A stretch of DNA of 64,000 nt from Actinomycetes bacterium (lineage in GTDB: Bacteria > Actinomycetota > Actinomycetes > Nanopelagicales > Nanopelagicaceae): NCBI GenBank assembly GCA_037143395.1, contig JBAWYW010000001.1, forward strand, positions 506 to 64,505, given 5' to 3'. A program made the position numbers and the translations under genes. A model generated the notes under the pieces. The model was not told the origin of the DNA and did not search any database. It worked only from the letters and a program-made list of their open reading frames with translations. Position 1 is the stretch's first letter, and every line of letters begins with the position of its first letter. Positions 50,430 to 58,847 of the stretch are shown here, piece by piece.

Positions 50430-51332
50430 TTACTCACCTGTCATTTCAAAGAATGTTTCTTCAAGGCTTGGCTGAATTACAGAAAGCCCTGACAGAGTGA
50501 TACCGGCTTCAAATGCCAACCTATTAAATGAAGGTGCCCAATCAACTGCTCCAAAAATTGTTATCGAACCATCAAGAACGGTTACCTTCTTGCCATGTTT
50601 GGTTGCTATCTCTACTAATCTATTTAGATCGACTGCAAATTCAGGTTTCACAACTAATAGTGGATTTTGTGCCGCCAATAAATCATCTGTCCGCCCAGTA
50701 AATATTACTTTGCCTTCACGAAGCATTACTAAATGATCAGAAATCATCTCAAGCTCACTCAGCAAATGTGAAGAAACAAATATGCTTGTTCCAGATTTTG
50801 CCATCTCTTTAATGAGATTTCTGATTTCCTGAATGCCGGATGGATCTAAGCCATTGGTCGGCTCATCCAATACCAGTAACTTTGGCTGTGGCAGTAGCGC
50901 TGCAGCAATCCCTAATCGTTGTTTCATGCCAAGTGAGTAAGTTTTATATTTTGAATCTCCTCGGTCACCCAGCCCAACCTGTTCAAGCAGGGTGGCGACT
51001 CTTTTTTGGCTAAAACCACCTATCGAAGCAAGAACTCGTAAATTCTCGGCACCTGATAAGGCAGGATAAAAAGCTGGCCCTTCAATCATTGCCCCTACTT
51101 GTGATAAATATTTTTCTGGATGCTTTATATCTTCTCCCAACACACTACCTGTGCCTTGTGTTGGTTTGATGAGACCTAGAAGCATTCGCATTGTTGTTGT
51201 TTTGCCTGAACCATTTGGCCCAACGAATCCACAAATAGAGCCCACCGGAACCTCAAATGAAGCTTGGGAAACGGCCTGACGATCGCCGTAAACTTTTGAA
51301 AGCTCCGAAACTGAAATCGCTAAGTTACTCAT
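50430..51332 (-). CDS. ABC transporter ATP-binding protein (ABC-2/DrrA-like)
   Basis: Walker A GPNGSGKTT, signature YSLGMKQRL, Walker B LLVLDEPTNGLD. ATGA overlap with ctaB. Confidence 0.92.
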   Translation of the reverse strand: MSNLAISVSELSKVYGDRQAVSQASFEVPVGSICGFVGPNGSGKTTTMRMLLGLIKPTQGTGSVLGEDIKHPEKYLSQVGAMIEGPAFYPALSGAENLRVLASIGGFSQKRVATLLEQVGLGDRGDSKYKTYSLGMKQRLGIAAALLPQPKLLVLDEPTNGLDPSGIQEIRNLIKEMAKSGTSIFVSSHLLSELEMISDHLVMLREGKVIFTGRTDDLLAAQNPLLVVKPEFAVDLNRLVEIATKHGKKVTVLDGSITIFGAVDWAPSFNRLAFEAGITLSGLSVIQPSLEETFFEMTGE

Positions 51333-52219
51333 GATTTAGCGACCAGAACGCCAATGACAAGCAAAAATGAGTAGATACTTAAATAGGTAATTGACCACTG
51401 AAATAGCTTTGCTGCTGACGCTCCCGAATCAATCCCTCCAATTTTTATAAGCTGGGCCATAAAGCCAATTGAAAGAACGATTGTGATCACCCAAATCCAT
51501 ATTGGCATGTGCGCTGACCAAAGGAGACTAAGTGAGGCGACAATCATGAAAACCGTGTGAAACCACATTTGCTTTTGAACGGACTTAATTGAAGCAACGA
51601 CTGGGAGCATTGGAATACCCGCAGCTTGATAGTCATCCTTATATTTAATAGCCAATGCCCAGAAGTGTGGTGGCGTCCAAAAGAAAATCATCCCAAAAAA
51701 TAACCAAGCTGTAAGTGAAAGCGAATTTGTTACTGCCGCCCACCCAATGAGTACGGGCATACAACCTGCGATTCCTCCCCAAACAATGTTTTGAGAGGTG
51801 CGTCTTTTGAGCCAAATCGTATAACCAAATACATAAAACAATATTGCTAGTGCAGTCAAGGCTGTTGCAAGATGCGTGGTAGAAGTCCAAAAAATGGCTA
51901 ACGAAATGATACTTAGAATTCCTGCAAATATTGTCGCGGCAAACTCGCTTATTTCACCCTTTACAATCGGGCGCTTATCTGTCCTGCGCATTAAACGATC
52001 TGATTCGACTTCAATCACCATGTTAAAAGCGTTTGCCGCCCCTGCAGCAAGCGTTCCCCCGACAAGTGTGGCAATTGTTATCTTCAGCGATGGATATTTA
52101 TGCGCATGATTCGACGCGTAAGTAGCAAGAAAAAGCGCTGGAAGTGTTGTGACTAACAACAGCTCAACAACGCGCAACTTCATCAGTGCAACATATGAGG
52201 AGGCCTTAAATTGGCTCAT
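51329..52219 (-). CDS. ctaB: protoheme IX farnesyltransferase (heme O synthase)
   Basis: UbiA-family with NMVIEVESDRLMRRTDKRP and WTPPHFWALA blocks typical of CyoE/CtaB. Confidence 0.92.
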   Translation of the reverse strand: MSQFKASSYVALMKLRVVELLLVTTLPALFLATYASNHAHKYPSLKITIATLVGGTLAAGAANAFNMVIEVESDRLMRRTDKRPIVKGEISEFAATIFAGILSIISLAIFWTSTTHLATALTALAILFYVFGYTIWLKRRTSQNIVWGGIAGCMPVLIGWAAVTNSLSLTAWLFFGMIFFWTPPHFWALAIKYKDDYQAAGIPMLPVVASIKSVQKQMWFHTVFMIVASLSLLWSAHMPIWIWVITIVLSIGFMAQLIKIGGIDSGASAAKLFQWSITYLSIYSFLLVIGVLVAKS

Positions 52220-52248
52220 AACGCCATAGTAACCATAATTTGAGTGTT

Positions 52249-53370
52249 TTAGGCGTGGGCGATTGTGCCTAACATCTTGTCTATAGTGACCATTGCTGCC
52301 TTCGCATCAACGAAATGTTTGCGGATATGGTCAGCGACAATCGCAAAGACATACTGTTCCGATCCAACTGTGACATAACCAGCCATGCTTATTGTTGTAC
52401 TCAATGTGCCTGTTTTAGCTTTAACCAATCCAATTGCATTTGGTGCATCGGTCACAAAGCGGTCTTTAAGTGTTCCACTGACTCCTGCTAAGGGCAAGCC
52501 ATCATAAATAATTTTGTATTGAGGGTTATCTCGAATAACTATTAACAAATCTGCAATCTGACGGGTTGTCATACGGGTTTTATGCGAAAGTCCATTGCCA
52601 TCTTCGATTAAGAGGCCCTCTGCGGGAATATTGTATTGAGTCATGACTTTTTCAAATGCAGATTGAATTCCACTTGTATCATTTAAAAAACCCATATTCA
52701 CAGCAGCTGTACGAGCTAAGCGATCAGCTAAAACATTATCACTCCACAATAAACAAAACTGAACAATGTCTGAAAGCTTTGGAGAAGTAATATGTTCAAT
52801 GGGCGTAACAGCAAGTGACTTACCAAGTAACGGTGAGGAAAGCTGCTTAAGATGGATACGTACTTTGCCACGATAATAGGAAACTAGTTTCTCAAGATCT
52901 TGGGTGTACACACCGCTATATTCCAAAGTCATGTAGCGTAATTTAGGATTTTCTTTTAATACCGCCTTGATGAGGCTTGGAGAATAAGACCGGTGGTACT
53001 TGTCGGCCTCAAGTGCACTTGCCGTAATCCAAGGGTCGCTTTCGCCTAAGACCACAAAATTATGTGGGTTGTTAGTAGAGCTGATAGTTGTTGTATAAGT
53101 TTTGTCGGGACTAAATGTGTCAAGAACTGCGGTCATCGAGAAAAGTTTCAACAATGATGCAGGCGCCCTTCTCACATCAGCGGCATCTGAAAAAATTGTC
53201 TCCTTCGTATTTGGGTCAACCAAAATAATTCCTGGGTGATTAAGCGTTGGCGAGGATGCTAATTTCACAAAATTTGCTGGCACGGTAAGTGCATATGCTG
53301 GGGCACCTTGGCTGGTCACAATAAGAGCAGTTGATATAACTGCAGATATTTTGATCAGTCGATTACGCAT
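52249..53370 (-). CDS. dacB: D-alanyl-D-alanine carboxypeptidase/endopeptidase (PBP4, S13 family)
   Basis: Signal peptide, SxxK (PASLLKL), SxN (WSDN), KTG (KAKTGTL). Confidence 0.8.
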   Translation of the reverse strand: MRNRLIKISAVISTALIVTSQGAPAYALTVPANFVKLASSPTLNHPGIILVDPNTKETIFSDAADVRRAPASLLKLFSMTAVLDTFSPDKTYTTTISSTNNPHNFVVLGESDPWITASALEADKYHRSYSPSLIKAVLKENPKLRYMTLEYSGVYTQDLEKLVSYYRGKVRIHLKQLSSPLLGKSLAVTPIEHITSPKLSDIVQFCLLWSDNVLADRLARTAAVNMGFLNDTSGIQSAFEKVMTQYNIPAEGLLIEDGNGLSHKTRMTTRQIADLLIVIRDNPQYKIIYDGLPLAGVSGTLKDRFVTDAPNAIGLVKAKTGTLSTTISMAGYVTVGSEQYVFAIVADHIRKHFVDAKAAMVTIDKMLGTIAHA

Positions 53371-53420
53371 ACTGGAATTATGCCTTCATTGGCTGAGAAT
53401 TTATGGATTAAGGTGCTCTA

Positions 53421-54053
53421 GTGAAGAGTGAAATTGGTCCAGGAGAATTTTTCCCTGTCGTTGGGGTTGGGCCACATCCGCTCCCTTGGCCAGTCGATGA
53501 TCGATTAGATCCAGAGCTACTTGAAAACGGTGATAGAAGAAATGTTTTAGATCACTATCGCTATTGGAAAGTTGAGGCAATTGTTGCCGATCTGGATACA
53601 AAGCGTCATCCGCTTCAAATTGCCATTGAAAATTGGCAACACGATCTAAACATTGGATCAGTGGTGAGAACCGCAAATGCTTTTAACGTCAGCTTCGTTC
53701 ATATCGTTGGTAAGCGCGATTGGAACCGTCGGGGCGCGATGGTGACCGATAAATATCTTCATGTACTGCACCATCCAACTGTGGAAGATTTTTCAAATTG
53801 GTGCAAAGAAAACTTAATTCCAATAATTGGAATCGATAATCTCTCAATTTCTCAAAAATTGGAGGGCTTCTCACTACCCGAGAAGTGTGTACTTTTCTTT
53901 GGCCAAGAAGGTGCCGGAATGTCCGATGAAGCCGTGGAGATCTGCAGTGTGGTGCTTGCAATCGAACAGTATGGATCAACAAGGTCGATGAACGCGTCTG
54001 CTGCTGGTGCTATTGCAATGTACGCATGGGCAATGCAACACCTAAATAATTAG
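53421..54053 (+). CDS. TrmH/SpoU-family RNA 2'-O-methyltransferase
   Basis: NIGSVVRTANAF, LFFGQEGAGMS, IEQYGSTRSMNASAAGAIAMY motifs. GTG start. Confidence 0.8.
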   Translation: MKSEIGPGEFFPVVGVGPHPLPWPVDDRLDPELLENGDRRNVLDHYRYWKVEAIVADLDTKRHPLQIAIENWQHDLNIGSVVRTANAFNVSFVHIVGKRDWNRRGAMVTDKYLHVLHHPTVEDFSNWCKENLIPIIGIDNLSISQKLEGFSLPEKCVLFFGQEGAGMSDEAVEICSVVLAIEQYGSTRSMNASAAGAIAMYAWAMQHLNN

Positions 54054-55024
54054 TCTTCAATTACCTCAGTAACGGATGCAATACGACGATCAATTTCATC
54101 TGCTTCATTTACCCGTCCAAGTGAACGCAAGACATCAGAAATACGGCGCTCAATTTCGACAATGAATTCAAAATCTTTCCATTCATTTTCTGCCGTTGTC
54201 TCAAGCACACCTTCTAATGTATCTAGTCCATCTTCTTCTGCGCCGACCATTATCTGCGCCTTACCTAATTCAAATAGAGAGTAAGTCTCACGACGGTTGT
54301 CGTGGGCAGTAACAAAAACGTCTACTGACTTTTGAGCGGCAGACAGGGCCTCTTCGCCCTCACCTAACTCCACGAGAGCATGAGCAATCTTCTGATCACA
54401 GCGAGCAACGTTGATAACTTCTTTAATGTTCTTAAAAAGTACGCGGGCTTCTCTAAATGCTTCCAATGACTTCTCGTGCTGGCCAAGCTCGCGGTGAGCG
54501 CAACCGATTAAATGAAGATCATTTGCAGCACCAGACTCATTTCCTTCGACGAGATGCTCTTGGACACATTCACGCATACATTCGATTGTCTTTTCATAAT
54601 TCTTTGAGCCAAACCACCATTCGCCAAGTGTGCAGGCTAAATCAATTGCTAAAGGCGATTTAGATTCGCGAAGCAATTCAACTGCCTTACTCATCGCATA
54701 GGCAGCTTCTGAATTTCTTTTTAATTGGTTGAGGTTGTAACCAATTGCTGAGTATGCCTGCGCCAATCCATCAGAAGGTGCAACAGGTCCAAGTTCAGTA
54801 TAAATATCACGTGCAGTCTCAGCGAGCGCAAGAGCTTCGTCATATTGCCCACGAGCATAAATGCGAGCACTCAATTCATAATAAGTATTAGCACGCTCTA
54901 GTCCAGTTGTTTCTGGAATTCTTTCCCACAGCATTTCTTCAGTGATGATCTCATCTGATCCTAAATCGTCATCTTCACTCAATGTGGGTCCCTCCTCTGT
55001 TGGTGGTAAATGAAACCCTAGCAA
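54050..55024 (-). CDS. tetratricopeptide-repeat protein with acidic N-terminus
   Basis: Repeated 34-40-aa helical hairpin units (A..Y..LA..Y...G.Y.EAL). No TM or signal peptide. Start uncertain (an internal MLWERIP is possible). Confidence 0.55.
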   Translation of the reverse strand: MLGFHLPPTEEGPTLSEDDDLGSDEIITEEMLWERIPETTGLERANTYYELSARIYARGQYDEALALAETARDIYTELGPVAPSDGLAQAYSAIGYNLNQLKRNSEAAYAMSKAVELLRESKSPLAIDLACTLGEWWFGSKNYEKTIECMRECVQEHLVEGNESGAANDLHLIGCAHRELGQHEKSLEAFREARVLFKNIKEVINVARCDQKIAHALVELGEGEEALSAAQKSVDVFVTAHDNRRETYSLFELGKAQIMVGAEEDGLDTLEGVLETTAENEWKDFEFIVEIERRISDVLRSLGRVNEADEIDRRIASVTEVIED

Positions 55025-55071
55025 GGCACGGCTTGGCGCGCAGGCGCAACGCAGAGAAGTATCCTTGGAAG

Positions 55072-55761
55072 ATGCCCCTTAATCGTCGCCAATTCCTTAA
55101 GACTGGGCTTATTGCTTCAGCTGCCAGCACGCTTGGAGCAGGCTCAGCAGATGCATCGACTAATAAAGATGTCACCAACGGTTCGCGCTCAAAGCCCCAG
55201 ATAGCTCTTACCTTCCATGGGCAAGGTGATCCTGCGATTGTTGGAAAACTTCTAGACATTCTAAAAAGTACATCAACCCCTATCACCGTCTTTGCCATTG
55301 GCACTTGGCTCCAAGGATTCCCCAGCGTTGCAAAGCAGATGCTCGATGCTGGCTATGACATAGGCAATCACACTATGCATCACTATCAGATGAAAACACT
55401 GTCGGCAAAAGTAGCCCAAGCCGAAGTTGCTGGGTGCGCAGCGGAATTAAAGAAACTCATTGGCAATCACGGAAAATGGTTTCGACCATCAGGCACTCAT
55501 TACTCAACGCCCATTATTAGGGCTGCTGCCCAGAAGTATGGCTACAAGCAGTGCATTTCTTATGACGTGGATTCACACGACTACCAAGATGTTGGCAAAA
55601 CAAGAGTCCTGGCAGATATCGCAGGATCTATTCAAAATGGAAGTATCGTGAGTCTGCATTTTGGTCACCAGGACACAATTGATGCAATGCCAACCTTGCT
55701 AGAAAACTTGCATGCAAAAGGATTGAAGCCCGTCACTCTCAGCAGACTCTTTGGGGTATAG
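55072..55761 (+). CDS. Tat-exported polysaccharide deacetylase (CE4/NodB-homology) family protein
   Basis: MPLNRRQFLKTGLIASAASTLGAGSADA twin-arginine signal. NodB motifs LTFHGQGD (variant of TFDDG), GNHTMHH, SLHFGH. The ORF-track extension to 54982 overlaps the TPR gene and is rejected. Confidence 0.8.
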   Translation: MPLNRRQFLKTGLIASAASTLGAGSADASTNKDVTNGSRSKPQIALTFHGQGDPAIVGKLLDILKSTSTPITVFAIGTWLQGFPSVAKQMLDAGYDIGNHTMHHYQMKTLSAKVAQAEVAGCAAELKKLIGNHGKWFRPSGTHYSTPIIRAAAQKYGYKQCISYDVDSHDYQDVGKTRVLADIAGSIQNGSIVSLHFGHQDTIDAMPTLLENLHAKGLKPVTLSRLFGV

Positions 55762-55769
55762 AAAAGTAA

Positions 55770-56873
55770 ATGAAAAAATTATTTGCGGTCCTAACAATTA
55801 TGTTGACTATGGCGTCAACGAGTGCCTTTGCTGCGCCCTTGCCAGGTATGCCACCAGTGATTGATGAAAATAATATTTATGCTGCGGATGCTCCAAACAT
55901 GCTCAGCTCGGTTGTTAAAGATTTTCCAGAACGTGTCTATGTGCCAAACCATGGTGCAAATACACTCACTGAAATTGATCCAAAAACTTTTAAAGTAATT
56001 CGAACCTTTCACACGCCTAGGGGTCCCCAGCACGTTGTTCCATCCTGGGATTTAAAAACACTATGGGTCAATGACAACGAAGGTAACTACCTCACCCCCA
56101 TCGATCCCATGACAGGCTTACCTGGAAAATCAATTTACGTGCATGATCCATACAATCTTTACTTCACCCCAAATGGGAAATATGCGATCGTGATGGCGGA
56201 ATCAGATAAACAAATCGTTTTTCGCGATCCACACACCATGGCAATAAAGAAAGTAGTTCCCGTCCCTTGTGATGGTGTCAATCATGCTGACTGGACCAAA
56301 GATGGAAACTACTTTGTCGTGAGTTGTGAATTTTCAGGTCAGCTGCTTCTTGTGGATACCGCCAAGATGGAGGTAGTAAAAACAGTAAAACTTCCTCACA
56401 CCTACAACAAGATGCCAATGCCGCAGGATGTAAAGATTTCATCTGATGGGTCTACTTTTTACATCGCAGACATGATGTCCAACGGTGTTTGGGTAATGCC
56501 GGCAAATGATTTCGGCCAATTAAGTTTTATAAAAACAGGAAATGGTGCGCACGGCATATACGTGACACGCGATGCAAAAAATATGCTCATAAGTAATCGC
56601 GGTGAAGGAAGTGTTTCCGTACTCCGCCTTTCAGATAACAAGCTTGTAGCGAAGTGGAAGATCCCTGGCGGTGGAAGCCCTGATATGGGAGGGATCTCTG
56701 CTGATGGCACACAATTTTGGGTAACTGGCAGATATAACAATGTCGTTTATGTCTTTGACATAGTTCAAGGGAAATTTTTGCGTAAGATTACTGTTGGTAA
56801 AGAGCCCCATGGTTTGGCTTACTTCCCACAGCCAGGACGTTATTCCCTCGGACATACGGGAGTGTTTAGATAA
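55770..56873 (+). CDS. secreted YncE/YVTN-type beta-propeller protein
   Basis: Signal peptide ..ASTSAFA. Repeated VYVPN..N.L..ID..T.KV / G.HG / LWV.N units. Confidence 0.7.
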   Translation: MKKLFAVLTIMLTMASTSAFAAPLPGMPPVIDENNIYAADAPNMLSSVVKDFPERVYVPNHGANTLTEIDPKTFKVIRTFHTPRGPQHVVPSWDLKTLWVNDNEGNYLTPIDPMTGLPGKSIYVHDPYNLYFTPNGKYAIVMAESDKQIVFRDPHTMAIKKVVPVPCDGVNHADWTKDGNYFVVSCEFSGQLLLVDTAKMEVVKTVKLPHTYNKMPMPQDVKISSDGSTFYIADMMSNGVWVMPANDFGQLSFIKTGNGAHGIYVTRDAKNMLISNRGEGSVSVLRLSDNKLVAKWKIPGGGSPDMGGISADGTQFWVTGRYNNVVYVFDIVQGKFLRKITVGKEPHGLAYFPQPGRYSLGHTGVFR

Positions 56874-58540
56874 TGAAAACTTTTCGCCAAGTCCCTTTGT
56901 GGATCGGGCGACTGACATTACTTCTTGGAATTTTAAATGTTGCCGCAAACGTTTTCAGAAATTTTCAACCTTTAGCAAACAGAATTAGTGGCTATACGCC
57001 ATTACTAATTAATTCAACAGCTTTCTCAACCGCCCTCTTTACATCACTGATGCTTATTTTAGTTGCTCGTGGACTGAGCCGGCGTAAGCGTAGAGCTTGG
57101 AATCTTTCAATAATAATTCTAGTAATTAATATTGTCGCGGAGTTAAGCAGAGAGATTACTCATCCAGCTCAATTGGTCGTTAACTCTGGACTAGTTTTAT
57201 TGCTAGTGGTATTTCGCAAGGAATTTTATGCTATTTCTGATCCAACAACAAAGCGTCAACCCTTCATTGCTTTTTTCTTGATACTTCTTTTGATTATTAT
57301 TAGTGGAATACTTTTTATCTATTTCCGCCATAGAACTCAGATCCAAGGCAATTTTGGCTTTACTGATGTGCTCCAACAAGTGCTTGAAGGTTTGGTTGGC
57401 ATTACGGGTCCTATCAAATTCACCTCAAATACCGTTTCGGACACAGTCGGTTACACACTCGGTGCACTGGGTATTTTTAGCATCATCCTTCCCCTTTGGT
57501 TATTTTTCCGCAGGAGCACCTCGCTGCCGACAATGAGCGCTGAAGATTTAGAACATGTGAAAATCCTCATTAGACATGATCAAGACCAAGATTCTTTGGG
57601 CTACTTTGCTACACGCAAAGATAAAAGTGTTGTGTGGACAGAGAATAGAAAGGCTGGAATTGCCTACCGAGTTCAAAATGGGGTGATGCTTGCTAGTGGT
57701 GACCCATTTGGTGAATTTAGTTTGTGGCCAGATGCAATTACTGAATTTTTGAAAATTGCCCAGCAACATGCTTGGACGCCAGGAGTGATGGGTTGCAGTG
57801 ATCGTGGCGGTGAAGTGTGGGTAGAAAAATCAGGAATGATCGCCATTGATATCGGAGATGAAGCAATTATTAAAGTTGCTGACTTCACTCTCGATGGACG
57901 TCCTATGGCAAACGTTCGTCAAATGGTTAACAGAATTGCACGAAAGGGCTACATCACAACAACAACTCAATGGTCAGATCTTGATTCTGAAACTAAGAAG
58001 AAGCTTCGCAAACTTGCCAATGAGTGGCGTTACGGTGTTGCTGAACGTGGTTTCTCCATGTCTATGGATCGCTTTGGAGAAGAAGCAGATTCTAATACTT
58101 ACATCACTATCGCTTTTCTTGAGGGCGAAATAAAAGGACTTCTCTACTTTGTTCCATGGGCCACTAATTCGCTTTCTCTAGATCGCATGCAGAGAGAGCG
58201 TGGAACAGATGCGGGTGTTAATGAATTGATGATCACAGATACTGTGGCATGGGGCAGAGCAAATGGAATTACGCATATTTCTCTGAACTTTGCTGCTTTC
58301 CGCTCTCTATTCGAGCGCGCTGACAAAATTAGTGCAGGGCCGATTACTCGTGGAATGCGCAATTTAATCCGCTTCCTTTCCGGTTTTTTTCAAGTTGAAT
58401 CTTTATATCGATTTAATGCAAAGTTTCAGCCTGAATGGGAGACACGTTATGTCCTATATCCACGAGCTACGGACCTACCAAAAGTTGCTTGGGCTGCTCT
58501 GAAGGCTGAAAAATTTGTTAGTGGATTTCGCAAGAACTAG
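56873..58540 (+). CDS. MprF-like aminoacyl-phosphatidylglycerol synthase (N-terminal TM domain plus DUF2156/LPG-synthase C domain)
   Basis: About 6 N-terminal TM helices. C-terminal FTLDGRPMANVRQMVNRIARKGY, ERGFSMSMDRF, SLDRMQRE, GVNELM, ISLNFAAF blocks are typical of MprF/LysX transferase domains. TAATG overlap with the propeller gene. Confidence 0.8.
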   Translation: MKTFRQVPLWIGRLTLLLGILNVAANVFRNFQPLANRISGYTPLLINSTAFSTALFTSLMLILVARGLSRRKRRAWNLSIIILVINIVAELSREITHPAQLVVNSGLVLLLVVFRKEFYAISDPTTKRQPFIAFFLILLLIIISGILFIYFRHRTQIQGNFGFTDVLQQVLEGLVGITGPIKFTSNTVSDTVGYTLGALGIFSIILPLWLFFRRSTSLPTMSAEDLEHVKILIRHDQDQDSLGYFATRKDKSVVWTENRKAGIAYRVQNGVMLASGDPFGEFSLWPDAITEFLKIAQQHAWTPGVMGCSDRGGEVWVEKSGMIAIDIGDEAIIKVADFTLDGRPMANVRQMVNRIARKGYITTTTQWSDLDSETKKKLRKLANEWRYGVAERGFSMSMDRFGEEADSNTYITIAFLEGEIKGLLYFVPWATNSLSLDRMQRERGTDAGVNELMITDTVAWGRANGITHISLNFAAFRSLFERADKISAGPITRGMRNLIRFLSGFFQVESLYRFNAKFQPEWETRYVLYPRATDLPKVAWAALKAEKFVSGFRKN

Positions 58541-58603
58541 ATAGGACCAATGGCTCTACATAACACTTTGATAATTTTACTTATTCCTACGTTATAAATT
58601 GCT

Positions 58604-58846
58604 CTATTCAATTTCTCGCTTTGGATCATTTGAATCATCATATGGCTCTTGTGGTTGAGTGAGTTTCCAATACATGTAATAGAGAAAGACCCCGAAAAAT
58701 GGCCACTCCATCACATAAACCCAACTCAAATTATTTCCACCAAGGGCGCGATTAAATTCAAAGACCCCCATCAGGCCACACAGAGGTAGTCCCCATAAGA
58801 CCCATTTGCGTTTGGGATCCTGATTAGCTGGCGGAATCTGACTCAA
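58604..58846 (-). CDS. small 2-TM membrane protein, coupled to ctaG
   Basis: TTG at 58846 lies 1 nt after the ctaG TGA and 6 nt after GGGGG. It encodes ..KRKWVLWGLPLCGLMGVFEF..SWVYVMEWPFFGVFLYYMYW plus an acidic tail. The ORF-track start (58927) or ATG 58882 would overlap ctaG by 35-80 nt. Confidence 0.4.
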   Translation of the reverse strand: MSQIPPANQDPKRKWVLWGLPLCGLMGVFEFNRALGGNNLSWVYVMEWPFFGVFLYYMYWKLTQPQEPYDDSNDPKREIE

Positions 58847-58847
58847 T

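Noticed and set aside
54982-55071. Upstream extension of the deacetylase ORF overlapping the TPR gene start
   Set aside because: The twin-arginine signal peptide begins at the ATG at 55072. The extension would bury the signal peptide and overlap the divergent gene.
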